Below are positions 12,230-26,204 of a DNA stretch of 64,000 nt, one piece after another. The position numbers were made by a program, and so were the translations under genes. Position 1 is the stretch's first letter. Every line of letters begins with the position of its first letter. Source of the DNA: Eledone cirrhosa (taxonomy: Eukaryota); assembly GCA_964016885.1 (NCBI GenBank), contig OZ024740.1, positions 87,296,001-87,360,000 on the forward strand. The letters run 5' to 3'. The notes under the pieces are model-generated. The model saw nothing but the letters and a program-made list of their open reading frames with translations. It was not told where the DNA came from and did no database searches.

Positions 12230-12370
12230 AATAATTGTTTCTACTTTTGGCACAAGGCCAGCAATTAACCAGTACATTACTGGTACTTTATTTTATCGAC
12301 CCCGTAAGGATGAAAGGCAAAGTTAACCTCGACGGGATTTGAACTCAAACCGTAAAGGGATGTAACTATA
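12230..12370 (-). mobile_element. SINE family A, 5'-truncated
   Basis: tgtttctacttttggcacaaggccagc...tttatcgaccccgtaaggatgaaaggcaaagtt...gatttgaactca. Confidence 0.9.
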
Positions 12371-13879
12371 CTATTTTGCATAATGCATCTCAAAATCCAT
12401 GTCATTGGCCCATTTTAGTTTTTTCCCTTAGTTCATTGTATTTTTGTTTGAATGGATGGTTCCAAAAATGTTATGTTACACCCCAATCATATATATATAT
12501 AAAAGAAAGCTACAAGCTTTTCTGTACTTAAGATGTGTTTATGAATCAATCATTTTGGGTTTTATTTAGTTATTTATCTGCTGTTTATTAATATCCAACT
12601 TAGTTTCCACTGAGCTAAACACCATAATTCCCAATATGTTAACATGTTGAAAGTTCCATAAAAATCTACCTTTCACAGGAAACTAAATCAATATATGTTA
12701 GTTATCAGTGTCTCTCCATTCCTACTTTCCATTCTGAAAATATCTATTTTAATTTTTCTAATTTATAGATATAGTTCATTATGTTCTGGTAATCAAAGAG
12801 TCAGCTTGCTCACAGAGATGTGTGTTCTACCACAATAGACTAGAGAAAAGTGGAATATTCTCCTCCTCTTACATAAGATGACACCACAAATAGTAGACAT
12901 AGAAATATCTGATGTCACTTTCAATAAAAGGATTAACTTTATATCTCAGTATGATTTTGAAAAGAAGTACAAAGAAAGTAAAATATCTAAAATGATAACT
13001 GTAGTGGCTATAACTGTGAGCATATTATTAAACATGCAATAATAAAATCTCCTGAGTGAGAAGGACATCTTTATTTTAAAGATATTATTTTAACAACAAT
13101 GTAAAGCTGAAATATTCAAAGGAGTAATATGTAAGAATGATAACAGATTGACAATATTGTAAAATCCTACCCCAAAATGAAAGACAAAATAAAAAATATA
13201 TATATATATATTTTGAAAATTGTTTCAGAAAACCAAAACATTAGAATTTTCCATTTATCTAATTATTACTATTATTATTATCACCATTTTACATTCTGTT
13301 TCTCTAAAATTTAATATGAAATAAATAAAGAATATGAAAAACTGAGATAATGTATATTTCAATAGCATCTAACAATGAATGCATTGTGAGTAAATGTTTT
13401 ACATTAACATGGAAACGTAGCTTCATATGAAATTCCAATAGAAAGACCTTAACAGAAACATGAAATATCAACATGTTTCAATCCTTTACATACAGTTAGA
13501 AAAAAATAAAATTCAAAAATATGAAGTACTGCTGCTCTTTTGTCTGATTCCAATAGATTCATCACATGCAATGATGATCCTAAACAACTATTTTGATGCA
13601 ATATATGAAACAAAGATACTTGACCAAATACACAATATGGAACATATAAAATCTACAACAACTGACAGGTGAAAATATCAGGAGGTTACTATGAATAGGG
13701 GTATATTCAGAAAATACGAACAAAGATCATTCCATATGCTGGAATAACCCCACATTGTGGTATTCAACAACAAATGATACAATCATTGCATATATGAAAA
13801 CATTGTCACACTTCACCTTTCTCTCCTCCTTTAAATATGAACATGCAACTAAAACCTTTGAGATTTTTTTTAATGATAG

Positions 13880-14380
13880 GATTCACTGTCACAGGTCTCT
13901 CCTGGCAACGATCATCCTCAACAAAGATGGCATTGTATATTCCTTTTCTGAGCCAGAAAATACTTCAGCTCCAATATTATTCCTCTACAAAGCTCAGGTG
14001 TAATGCTCTCAATTGTAGCATGGTACTGCTGCTGCTAACACATAGACCTAGACCAAATCTGAAGGAAAATGACTAAACTGCCATGACGTCACTAAAAAGC
14101 ACACCCCAAAGCTTCACCTACTGTACCATCATTTACCTCTACTTTTTGGAGTTGGTTGGCTTCATGCCAGCTACACTCAGGCATTCCTGATTTATTCAGC
14201 TCTCCACATCATTACTCATATTGTGTCCAACATCCATAACCTTGAACTAACCACTACACCCAGTGATTTCTAAAATCAGGCTTCTAGAATTGAAATTTTC
14301 TGGAAGAAGTGAAAGCTTTCTGAATCCTGTATATGTTTTTTCCTGTAGCTCTCAACTTGCAACAGTATCTTCCCAGTCTC
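13880..14380 (+). mobile_element. Decayed CR1/L2/Jockey-type LINE 3' remnant
   Basis: Peptides ARKYFSS..LYKAQV and SR....VFP...NL, typical of the post-RT region of these LINEs; frameshifted. Confidence 0.6.
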
Positions 14381-15213
14381 ACAGTGTTTGTAAAGACCAT
14401 GGGAATAGCTCCATCTTCCCCCAGATAAATGCAACAGAAAAAATATCCGTTCATTGTTAAATGAAGATTATCAAACTTTCTCTTCTATTTACTCTCTTGG
14501 TCAATTTAGCTTTGAACAAACATCAACAACAAAGTAGAGAAAGCCAGAAGCATTCCTAGTGCTGCAGCTATGATAAAATGCATCCAATATGCTCTATAAG
14601 GTGGCTGGACAATGAACAAAAACAACAGTGTAGAGAAGACTCTTTAGTTTTGCTATGAACATGACAACTATTTCAGTGCTACTGCCATGGTAAAATGTAT
14701 CAAGTAGACTTGAACTATATTTCCCTTATTTAATAATTGTTTATTTCATTTTAGATGAAAGAGATTACTGAAGGAAGAAACCTGATGACTAAAAAGACCA
14801 TCTAATAGTAACTAGTCAACAATAAACTAAGATCAGCAATACAGTTTATGACAATGAGCAAGGTAATGGGCTATTTTCACACCAGATTTCCGTGAAATCA
14901 GAGGTTTCCAGGTTAAGAAATAGAAATTAAATAAAATGAGAGAACATGATCAGCAACTAAAGGGTTGAAATTCTGATATATGTAAGCATCTCTGGCATTT
15001 CCTAATCCCCGAGTCATCTATTTGATACACGTCACATTCACATCTTGGATAATTATAATTCTCCAAAAGGAGTTATACAGCTCATAAATTAAATAGAGTA
15101 TAAGATTAATATTTTAGATATAACTTCTATTAAAATGTTAAGTTTAGAAAAGAAGATACATAGCCGATCTCTCAGACTCTAAGTTCTGAGAATATAAGGT
15201 TATATAAAAAATT

Positions 15214-15524
15214 ATGTTCTTACGCATGGAGATACTATGAAATAGCTTATAAAATAGGGTGAAGACCCTTAAAGGGCAGGAAAAGAAGTTGCCAATGGCT
15301 ATTATGAGGAATTGAACCCCATATCTTCCAAATACTGGCTAGGTGCTTTTAACCATTAAGCTAAGTGAACATGATAGAAGTTTACCATCTTAAATAGTTA
15401 AAAGCACATAGCCAAGTGTCTGGGAGATATGGGGTTTCAATTCCGCATAGCAATCAATGGCAACTTCTTTTTCTGTCTGCCCTTTTTATAAGTTATTTTA
15501 GAGCATCTCTGCACATAAGCACAT
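15214..15524. repeat. Long inverted repeat made of two divergent tRNA-like heads
   Basis: Arms ...aaagggcag gaaaagaagttgcca..ggaattgaaccccatatcttcca..ggctaggtgcttttaac and gttaaaagcacatagcc..tgggagatatggggtttcaattcc..tggcaacttcttttt..ctgcccttt; loop ~15371-15379. Confidence 0.9.
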
Positions 15525-15701
15525 CATTCTTTATGTTAAGTTTAACCCTTTCTCTCATTTGTGCTATAAATGTTAGGGTAATGATGACAATAACAGGAAC
15601 ATTAAGAAATTCTAAGGCATAAACATTGAGATATTAAGACAGCAAAGGGTTTTATTTGCACTCGGCTGTCACTTTTCCTTCATTTTCTCAATTGGCTTTG
15701 T

Positions 15702-16121
15702 ATCATCATCATCATCACCGTTTTACGTCCGTTCTTCCACACTAGCTTGGGTAGACGGGCTGTCCTGCTGTGGGCAGTGTTTGGTCGGCTGACCTTGTCT
15801 TGCTCATATGGGAACTGATTCTGGCTTGATTTCTACAGCTGGATGCCCTTCCTAAAACCAACCTCATTTACAGTGAGTACTGGGTGCTCTTTTTCTGTGG
15901 CGCCTACACGTCCACTTAACAGTATGAGATGGGTGCTTTTTTGCAGTGGAATGATAGGGACCCCAGTCCTATCATCTCATTTCTACAGCTGAGTAAACTG
16001 GAGCAATGTGAAATAAAGTGTCTTGCTCAAAGAAACAACACATCACCCGGTCCGAGAATTGAACTCACAACCTTTCGATTGTAAGCCCAATGCTCTAACC
16101 ACTAAGCCATGTACCTTCATG
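15702..16121 (-). mobile_element. SINE family B, full-length with long RTE-type 3' module
   Basis: Head nearly identical to the reverse complement of 9218-9390; 3' half matches 8995-9217; (CAT)n tail. Confidence 0.92.
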
Positions 16122-17686
16122 TGTATATCAGCCAAAAAGATTTAAACAGTTTTAAAATAGTAATAATTGGAAAAACACTGTTTAAGATTATCAATTATTG
16201 GAAATTAATTAGTAAGAATTTGATTGCAGCAAGTTATATTCAAGACAAATTAATTTTTTTTTTTTTTTGTTACTTCCTTTCTGAATAACCATTGACATTG
16301 AACAGAGAAACATAAAAAAAATTGCAGAAATGTTGGTTTTAAAAGCCATTTTACTAACTAAACCCTTTGGCATTTTCCTCCTTGGATTGATTAATATTTT
16401 ACTGGAGTTTCAATCAATATTATGTGTATTTTATAAGCAAGTGCATATTTATTAATGAGAATACAGCAGACGCTTAGTGTAATTTCTTTTTGTTTCAAAA
16501 CATCGAAACTACAATTTTAATTAATACCACCATTCCACTAGAGTTATTATTGAAGACTAAATAAAAAATAACAATTTATGAATCACAGACAAATAAACAA
16601 GCAGATAAATTTAAAAAAAAAATAATAATACTAGTATTGAAATTATGAAAGAAAATTAAAGCGCTTTCTTACTATATTTTCATGGCATTTGATTAGCCCA
16701 AGTATTTTACAGATAAGTATTTGAAAGTTAGTAATTGAATATTAAGAAAATACTCTTACTACTCAATTACTAATTTTCACAGGTTTTAATTATCTACAAG
16801 GCAAACTGTTAACAGAATAATGTAAATTGAATAGATGCAAAATGTTAAAGCTTTTACAAGTTCTGAATTCATGTTCATGTAATTATTACACAATCCACTG
16901 AGCTTCCTATTTTTACCCAAAATTACACACGCACACACACGGGTGGTGGCCATGCAGGTATCCAATACAACACACCTAAATTCATCTAAACCAGGAGAAT
17001 ACTTTCATAAAGAAATCAATAAATACTGAATAAATTTATAAATCCTGTATATATCCACAATCTTATGAATCTACTCCCTTTTTTCTCACTCCAATCTGAG
17101 TTTCCAGTCAGCACCCACTAACTTCAAGGTCACCTCATCACCCAACACTTGCTGTCATCCTCTCATCACCCCTTTCTCAGCAAACATATAGCTGTTACTG
17201 GTTCTACAGTGCCACTCTGCTGTGTTCTCATCCGCTCATCATTGCCTTTTTCTGATCAGCTATAATAACCTTAGTGTTGGGACCACAATAAAATTTATCC
17301 AGTACACTCTGCAAGGGGTAGTGCTAGCATAATGATAAAATGCATTCATCCAATACTCTAAAGTAGTTAGTATTTGAAAGAGCATCCAGCTGTAGAAACC
17401 ATGTCAAAACCTATGAGTAGGATGCCACACCTGTACATCATTTTAGAAAATATACATTTCTTTTCTTTTCAAAGACTGAATATTAATAACCCTGGCAGTG
17501 TTATTGTACTATCTTTTAATTTAATTATCAACATGCAAACATGCAAGTTATGTTACTAGTTTGTATTCTTACTTTCCCTCCATCTCCCTCAGAAATCAGT
17601 TGTGTTCAGTCATGGGGAAGGTTAGTTTTATTCATGTTTGAATGCCACTACAGGTTTCATGGCATAGTATATATATGTATATATAT

Positions 17687-17736
17687 AAAAAAGATTGCAT
17701 ATATATATATATATATATATATATGCAATCTTTTTT
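17687..17736. repeat. 50-bp perfect palindrome centred on (TA)n
   Basis: aaaaaagattgc(at)n gcaatctttttt. Confidence 0.9.
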
Positions 17737-20150
17737 TTTTAGTATCTTATAGAGATTGCATAATGCTCACTGAAAGTATGAAACAATATATCAAAGTTCT
17801 CTTTAACACCAGAAGTATAAAAGACGAGTTTGATTTTCAGAACAAAGTGGTTAAACATCATAGGAATACTATAAATCTATGCATTTTACAGTCTTTGGAC
17901 TGTGATCAAGCTGGGGCACTGCCAAGAATGGTTTTTTTATTGCTTATATTGATTTGAATTTATCAAATGACAATGTCAACCTCTTTGGTATGAAAATATC
18001 TAACTCGACAGATTGATTCTACACACATGCATGTGCATACCCACTTCCCCACCACGTGTGTGTGTGTGTGGGGGGGGGGGGGGTTCAAACACACACACAC
18101 ACACTGCATACAAAATGCCTCCCAAAGCATTTTCCATCAGGCTTATTTTGCATCAGTATGAGTACATATGCATATGTCATCCTCATTTAATGCATGATAG
18201 CATGGGTCATCATGGACCAAGTCCGTACTTACTAAAATATGTAGAGAGAGAGAGTAGTGACTTGGTTCATGACATCGTGGAAAAGCAACCAAATGGTTTT
18301 GAACCACATCTCACTGTATAGTACTTTCATTAAGTTTCCTCTACAATAGCTGTGGGCAAACAAAAGCTCTGTGAATGAATTTTCACTCATAAGCCATTGA
18401 TCAAATATAGGCAGTGGCAGAAGACACTTTCTTTAGGTGTTATACAATGGAATCATGTAGAAAACTATGTGATTGTAAAATGAACTTCTGAAGCATATGG
18501 TTATGCCTGAAACCATCATTTATTAGTAAATGTTATTTCATTAGTTTTGTTCACTTAATTTAAATACAGAACAAAGTTTTTTTTGTATTAAAAACAGAAA
18601 AGTTAAGAAAAAGAACATGTGACAGTATTTCTAGATTTAATTGGTAGACTTATTCAAATGCCCAGTTCAACAGCACCACCTTTACCTAAGTTCACTGTAC
18701 TGCAAGCAATTGAGTCAGCTCTCTGGTTTAAAGATACCTCCTTACATCCCTCCTAACCAACAGACCTCAGAGTCTCTGAGAAGGGTTATGTTCATTGTTC
18801 TTCTCTTCCCTTCGTGACTAAATAGTAAAAAAAAATTGAATGATATTTTTTGATACTATTAATAGTTAAACATATCCTTTCAGTGACATAACATTCTTTA
18901 TATTTATAACAAAACTAAATCACTGCTGTAAAGAATCTATATATGTGATTGCCCTGTAAGAAACATTAGCATTGGATTTTTGTTTTGTTTTGTTCCAGAA
19001 AGTAGAAACAAACATTGCCTTATATATTTTGAAATTTTTTTTTTTTAATTTAATGTTTTATCAAATTGATATCAGATGATTTCAAACAATATACAAATCT
19101 TCTAAATTTTAAATATCACCAGTATTTTCAAAATTGCAACAGCCCAAGTCACTCCATGTAAAGTGAGAAAAATACATTTCCTGAAATAACTGTCTATTTA
19201 CAGTCCATTTCTATGCCTGGAATATTGTTGTTTTTAACTAATCTGAGTAGAGTGCAAAAGTTCTGTCTCTATTGTGCAATTACCATCACCAGTTTTTAAA
19301 CTCATCTTTTATTGTAGTATGTGTAAGAGAGGTAGCAATACAGTTAGTTCTCTTTAATAAATTAATAAATTTGTATCCAATGAAATCATGTACCGCAACA
19401 CCAAGAAATATTTGCAGCTCCTGAAAGCTTAATAAATAACAGAACCATAATTGTTTCATTAATCGTAAGTGAATTTGTGAAAAGGTATTTACCAAATGCT
19501 AACATTTCACGTTTGAAATGAATATGTCACATAACCTTTAATACATTGTTTAATTACCATTGTAGACATTTATTTTGGTTATAGCCAAAAGTCAAAGCTA
19601 TGAAGAGTAAGTAAATGTAATGGCTCAAATAGGAATCAAACCTGCATAAAAGACTTTATTTGACAGGATATTATCATCGTTTACAATGTTTCCTGTCATC
19701 TTTTAATGCTATCCATGGTTAACATTAATATCAAGACCAGAAATTATAGTGTTATGTATGGTTCACTCCAATATATAAAGCTGAAACATGGTGCAAAGGT
19801 ATCTCAAATAAATTAGAAGTCTTTTAGATGTGGGCACATAGAAAACTTCTGAGAATATCATAGGCAGAACACAAAAGCCAAATATGAAGTACCAGAAAAT
19901 GGCAAAAACTAAAACTTCTATTTGAAACAAAACTATTAACAGAAAGTAAAATGAATGGGGAAAAAAGAAGAGGAAAACTAGGAATAGCTATCAAGAATTG
20001 GATAGGGTTAAAAGAGAGGAAATCTATGTGGATAGCATAAGAGTGGGATGAAGTCCACAACATTCAACCAGTTGAGGGCAGATGGTACCTAATGATGGTG
20101 ACTAAGCAAAATTAGAAACAATCTAACTTTTGTAAATTTCAAATAGTTAA

Positions 20151-20368
20151 CCCTTTCATTACCATATTACTAATGAAAGACACTGCTTATGATTTTGAGA
20201 ATAGTAAAAAAATTCTCCTTATTAACTTGGTGTTCGAATATAATATAATAAAGGTTCTTACATAAAACTAAGTTGGAAAGGTTTCAGATAAATATAAACA
20301 CCTTAAAACAAACAATATTGTATATGTTAGAACCAACGGTAGTTTCAGTAGGGTTGGTATCAAAAGAG
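20151..20368. mobile_element. TTAA-flanked piggyBac-type MITE (family 2)
   Basis: ttaa|ccctttcattaccat ... ttggtatcaaaagag|ttag; related inverted copy at 23815-24036. Confidence 0.65.
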
Positions 20369-22156
20369 TTAGCAACTTCAAATTGGTTTTCCCCTATCTT
20401 GTCAGCAGAGACCATGAGGCAAACAACATACTAGGGTATGAGCAAAGTGCTAGTCTTTAGACAAAAAAGTTAATAATGCTCACACTCACACAATATATGT
20501 AATTGTATGAAGCTATACTGTAAATTATTCATTTTGATTTATTTATGTTAGTATCATTCAGATATTAAAGCTAGTAGTAGAGAGTTAGATATGATGCTTT
20601 ACAATATGTAGCTTGAGTTAAATTTCACTGTTTTCGTTATATTGTGTGTGTATGTATATCAGTTGAACTATACTTGTACTTCTCTACAAAAAAAAAAAAG
20701 AGTTTTGTGATTAAGAAGGAATTGATTTCTTTTCTATTAATTATCTCAACCCTAAAAGCTTAAAATCATTAGGTTAGAAACTGATGGTAAAAGAGTACTA
20801 GATTTCCACTATCATCTCAGCAATTATCCCATTTTGATTATATAATCTACTTTACTAAGTACACTTTGTAGGAATAACCTCCTTTTAGATGCATTACTGT
20901 TGTCTGTACTCTGAACGTCAGCACATTTAATTTTGTTTCCTCAAAGCAATTTTAAAGATATGGACTTTTCGATGATATTAGAAATGTTTTGCCAATATAA
21001 ACTTGTAGCAATATTCAGCAGCTGGAAAGTAGATAATTAAATATATGAAACAAATGAAAGAAAAGCAAAAATTAAAAAAAATTTATTTCTTGAATTCTTA
21101 TATATTACAACTGAAAAAAAGGGAGAGAAAAAACTTAAAAGGATACATTCAAAATTAAATTGTTTCTGCATGTAGTTGCAACAAATTTACTTTATATATT
21201 TAGGTGAAAGTTGATTGATAAAAGATGCAATTTATTTGCTTATAATTTATCTATTTTAATTCAAATGAGTTTAAAAATGAAAGAAAGAAATAACTGACAC
21301 TACAACTTAAATTTCCATTTGTTTTTGTAAGATGTTAACAGAGAAAATATACATTGCTTCATCTGAAGAATCATCACAGAGAAATATAAACATCAATAGA
21401 TTTGGGTTATAAAATATAACCAATTTGTTTCTTATCAAACAATATTTTGAATGATTGATTCACAGGTGAAAATTGCCTTCTAATACACATTTCCACAAAT
21501 ATATCTCTAAATAATGATAATAATAATAATTATTCTTTATTGTTTTATTTATTCTTTATTTAATAATAATATTATTGATGAAGTGATGATGATAACAATT
21601 GATCAAATGAATACATATATTTTTGCTATGCAGCATCTAACACAAACAAACATCGAATATGCATTTGAATACAACCAGTTAAAAGTGAGTTCAAATTATC
21701 TAAAATTTTAATCATAGAAGGTAGAAAATGAAAGGACTATTGAAAAACCAAAATGAGTCTACACAGAAATATTGTTTTCCTGACATAAGACTAGCATAAA
21801 ATACCATTAATTTTCAAATATACATCTATATATTTCTAAAGATCGGAAACTAAAAACAATGTTTCAATAGAAAGGAAAAAGTCCAACATGAAAGAAAAAT
21901 ATGGTAGGCATTGCATGAACACAGGAAGTTATTGTTTCAAGCTGGTAATTCTCTTGTCAGATAATTCTGTGAATATGTAGACAAACAATAAATAGAATTG
22001 TAACCTAGTTTTTACCACAAGTCTAATTATTTCTAATATTTCCATTTATCAGTGTAGCTTATATATATTACTTATATTTAGTAAAGGACTATATCAAAGT
22101 TGGTATGCAAAACTAAAAGCAAATACAAATAACCCAGTTTGTTTTACTATCATTAT

Positions 22157-22449
22157 TTGACTTTGCCTTTCATCCTTACGGGGTCGATAAAAAAAGTACC
22201 AGTAATGCACTGGGTAATTGCTGGCCTGGTGCCTAAAGTAGAAACAATTATTATTATTTGGATTGGCAGTATCGGTAGAGGGTCGGACGCCATGCTTTGA
22301 CACAGAGTTACGGCCCTTGCCATTCTGAGTTCAAATCCGACCGAGGTTAACTTTGCCTTTCATCCTTACGGGGTTGATAAAATAAAGTACCAGCAATGCA
22401 CTGTGTAATTGCTGGCCTTGTGCCAAAAGTAGAAACAATTATTATTATT
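22157..22449 (+). mobile_element. Tandem SINE family A (3' partial followed by near-full copy)
   Basis: Two consecutive gcctttcatccttacgggg..gataaa..aagtaccag..gtagaaacaattatt units. Confidence 0.93.
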
Positions 22450-22630
22450 TGCAAAATAGTTAAAGCCACTGAAGGTAACATGCTTAACTTGAATACAATA
22501 GAATAAACAATTCAACAGCAAAATATATTTCACCTATATGGAAATCTTGTTTAATAATAGTTTATGAAAATAAACAATGAAAGGGTGATGAAAAAAGGAA
22601 AAACAGAAGGAATAAGCACAAAAGAATAAT

Positions 22631-22816
22631 TGTTTCTACTTTAGGCACAAGGCCAGCAATCACACAGTGCATTACTGGTACTTTATTTTATCGACCCCGT
22701 AAGGATGAAAGGCAAAGTCAACCTCGGCGGGATTTGAACTCAGATCGTAAAGGGACGTAACTATGCTGGAAAGCATGGCGTCCGACCCTCTACCGATACT
22801 GCCAATCCACCGCCCC
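22631..22816 (-). mobile_element. Full-length SINE family A with 19-bp TSD
   Basis: TSD ataagcacaaaagaataat at 22612-22630 and 22817-22835; A-box-like tggcagtatcgg and B box gagttcaaatcc. Confidence 0.97.
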
Positions 22817-23544
22817 ATAAGCACAAAAGAATAATAATACGTATATAGCTTTACAATTGATTGATATCAGAGAAGCTTGACAATATTGTGACAATAATAA
22901 CAGTATCAGTAGACATAAATAATATGGCTGACTTGAAGAAAGATGTGAGTATATTGATGTAGTAGTTTCAACTTCATCAACATATTTCTATAGTATATCT
23001 GAGATGTACCTAATACAATTATACTATCTATGCTTGAGTATGAATACTTGGTATTCAATAACATATAATAAAACATGAACAATAAAAGAAAACAACTTAG
23101 TCATTTACAAATCTTGTTCAGAATAGTCATCTTGAAGATGTGCTTTTTTTAAACTAAAGATTTGTTCAAAAACATCTAATATTTCTGTCTGAGTTGTTGA
23201 GATTAGGAATCATCATTATCATACAGTAATTCATTCAGATTACATTCTTCATCTTGGTGGTTATAGATGCTTGTCATAGTTAGTAAAGTTCTCCGAATAT
23301 TGAGAAGATTACAAAATACCACAGGTGCTGAAGGAAAGCTGGAAAATGCAACAACCAAAACATTGCAGCTATAACAACCAAGATGAAAACACTAATCTTT
23401 ATAAATTAGTGTATAACTAACATTTTCAATATTTTGTGTCATTCAGTAGATTATGATGGCAAAGAAAATAGATAACTGAACATTTTTAGGCAAATGACTA
23501 ATAACATATTTTCTTTATCTAGGTCAAACCACAGGAAAAATTAT

Positions 23545-23770
23545 GAGGACAATACATTGGGAGTATTGGTAGAGCGTTGGACAACATGCTTTGTGGCATA
23601 GAGCTACATTCCTTTGTGTTCAGGGTTCAAATCCTGCTGAGGTTAGCTTTGCCTTTCATCTTTATGGGGTTGATAAAACAAATCACCAGTAATACACTGG
23701 GGCTGGTTTAATCCCCCCCCCCCATCCCATAAAATGGCTAGCCTTGTGCCTAATGTAGAAATCATTATTA
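23545..23770 (+). mobile_element. Older SINE family A copy
   Basis: ggttcaaatcctgctgaggttagctttgcctttcatc...ccttgtgcctaatgtagaaatcattatt. Confidence 0.85.
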
Positions 23771-23814
23771 TTTGTATTTATTTCAATGTTATTTACCTGC
23801 TAATATTGCTATTA

Positions 23815-24036
23815 AACACTTTTGATACTAACCTGGCTTAAACTTTATCTAATTTTGTGGTACAAAATTGTTCATTTTCCATATATTAAAAAAAATCCAT
23901 CATAATTTTATGTAAGGAAGTTTTTAAGTTATGTTCCAAACATCAACTTCATCATGAAAATGTTGTTTCTTTTACTAAATTCCTTCAAATGTTTAGTTAT
24001 TTTCAAATGGAATAGAAACACATGGTAATGAAAGGA
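23815..24036. mobile_element. TTAA MITE family 2 (degenerate, inverse of 20151)
   Basis: cttttgatactaacc ... atggtaatgaaagga|ttaa. Confidence 0.55.
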
Positions 24037-24179
24037 TTAATACATTTTTCACAAATTACCATGCATATTCTCAAAAACTTAAAATGCTATAAATCTGCAA
24101 TAACTTGCAGAACAAAAAACAATGGATTTGCAGTAGGTCAAGAGTTATTTAATTTAGCTTCCTTTTCAGTATTCTCATA

Positions 24180-25657
24180 AATTGCTACAAAGGTAAAGGG
24201 GGTGCTCTAGAGAGGAGCAATTATAGGGACATAAAGCTGATGGATCAGGTTATGAAAGTGGCAGAGAGAATAGTAGCGCAACTGATTAGAGAAAGGGTCA
24301 AATTAGATGAGATGCAGTTTGGTTTTGTGCCTCGGAAAAGTACAGCAGATGCCCTCTTCTTAGTGAGGCAACTACAAGAGAAGTTCTTAGAGAAGAATAA
24401 GCCACTATACTTAGCTTTTGGTGACCTAGAGAAGGCCTTTGATAGGGTACCCCGATCTGTCATCTGGTGGTCCCTAAGGAAACTAGGTGTAGAGGAATGG
24501 CTTGTGAGGACAGTGCAATCTATGTACAGGGGTGCTGTCAGTAAAGTGAGAGTAGATATAGAGTTTAGTGAGGAATACCAGATACAAGTAGGTGTACATC
24601 AGGGTTCGGTCCTCAGCCCACTCTTGTTCATTATAGTCCACCAAGCCATGACAGAGGAGTTTAAGACTGGATGCCCATGGGAACTTCTCTATGCTGATGA
24701 TCTAGTTCTTATAGTAGAATAAATTCTGGCTATGGAAACAACAGTTGGAATCAAGAGGACTGAGAGTGAACATAGCTAAGACAAAAGTGTTGATAAGTAG
24801 AAGAGAGGACAATACTCTGATTCCATCGGAGAAATGGCCATGTTCAATATGTAGGAAAGGAACTGGCATAAATTCCGTAAAATGAACGTAATGCAGATCT
24901 TGGGTACACAAGAGATGTAGTGGGATAGCAGGCAAACTAACAAGTAGGGAAAACTATGTATGCAGTAGATGTACAGGGAAAGTTGACAGTAGTAATCACA
25001 GTGATAGACACACTTTTCCAATACAGGTGAGCTCTATAGAAGTGGTTGATAGCTGCTTCCGGTACCTAGGTGATCAGATTAGCATGGGGGGGGGGGTCGA
25101 GGCCATAGTATCTAGAATAAGGACGGATTGGAAGAAGTTTAGGGAGCTGCTTCCTCTGTTGACAAAGAAAAGTTTCTCCCTGCATACGAAAAGACGGTTA
25201 CATGATGCCTGTGTGAGATGTGCGATGCTGCATGGTAGTGAGACATGGGCTGCAACATCAGAGGATATGCGACGGCTGGAGAGAAATGAAGCAACTATGT
25301 TCCGTTGGATGTGCAATGTCAATGTGCATGAACAACCAAGCATAGATGAGTTGAGAAAGAAACTGGGTATAAGAGGGATAAGTTGTGGTGTGCAGGAGAG
25401 AAGGCTGAGATGGTATGGACATGTGATGCGCATGGAGGATGACCGCTGGGTAAAGAAGTGCCAAGCAATCCCAGTAGAAGGAAAACACAGTAGAGGTAGA
25501 CCACGAAAAACATGGGCGGAGGTGGTGAGAGCAGACCTCAGATCGCTGAAACTCACCGAGGAGATGACGAAGGACCGTCACAAGTGGAGAGATGCTTTGC
25601 TGAATAGGACCCGCCCACCCTTGCAAGTAGGGAAAAGCGGACGTATGATGATGATGA
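24180..25657 (+). mobile_element. RTE-clade LINE copy 3 (5'-truncated pseudogene), RT with PHD insert, short tail
   Basis: NCYKGKG..NYRDIKL, QFGF, DLEKAFDRV, GVHQGSVLSP, YADD, PHD region with stops, YLG, GSETW, RRLRWYGHVMRM, RGRPRKTW; ends cccacccttgcaagtagggaaaagcggacgtatgatgatg. Confidence 0.96.
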
Positions 25658-25751
25658 CATCAAACATGATTGATAGTCATGAAAATTAATTTGAAAAATT
25701 CCAAGCAATAACATTTCCCATGTATTTATGTTGTTCCTTGGTTTGCGTATA

Positions 25752-25756
<5 letters not shown>

Positions 25757-25805
<49 letters not shown>
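25757..25805. repeat. (CA)n microsatellite
   Basis: Directly visible. Confidence 0.97.
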
Positions 25806-25809
<4 letters not shown>

Positions 25810-26149
25810 AACACAAACATTTAATTAGTGTTTGTACAATTAATGATAATGTGACATTTTCAGCATTTTTATGAAAACAAACTATCAGGCACAAAATATT
25901 GTCATTGAAAAATCTATCTTATACAATTACAAGTGAATATTCTAAATAAAGGAGATGGAAATAAAATTCTATGTCTAAATTTAGAAGTAAAAATGAACAA
26001 AATAAAGGAACAGATACAGTTAAACTGGAATGTATAGTCCAAAAAATGACAAAACATTTTAAAGTGATCTATCTATGTAGGCTCATATATTTGTATTGCA
26101 TAAAATAAAACAATATTGCCTACAGGCTTAAAATACATGTAGTATTTAC

Positions 26150-26204
26150 CTTCCAAACTCTTTTTCCTTTTAAAAGTAAGATTCTCTTTCCAAAATGCTT
26201 TTAG
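26150..26204 (-). other. Candidate 55-nt exon (unassigned)
   Basis: ctattttag|CTAAAAGCA...TTGGAAG|gtaaat; single open frame LKAFWKENLTFKRKKSLE. Confidence 0.2.
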
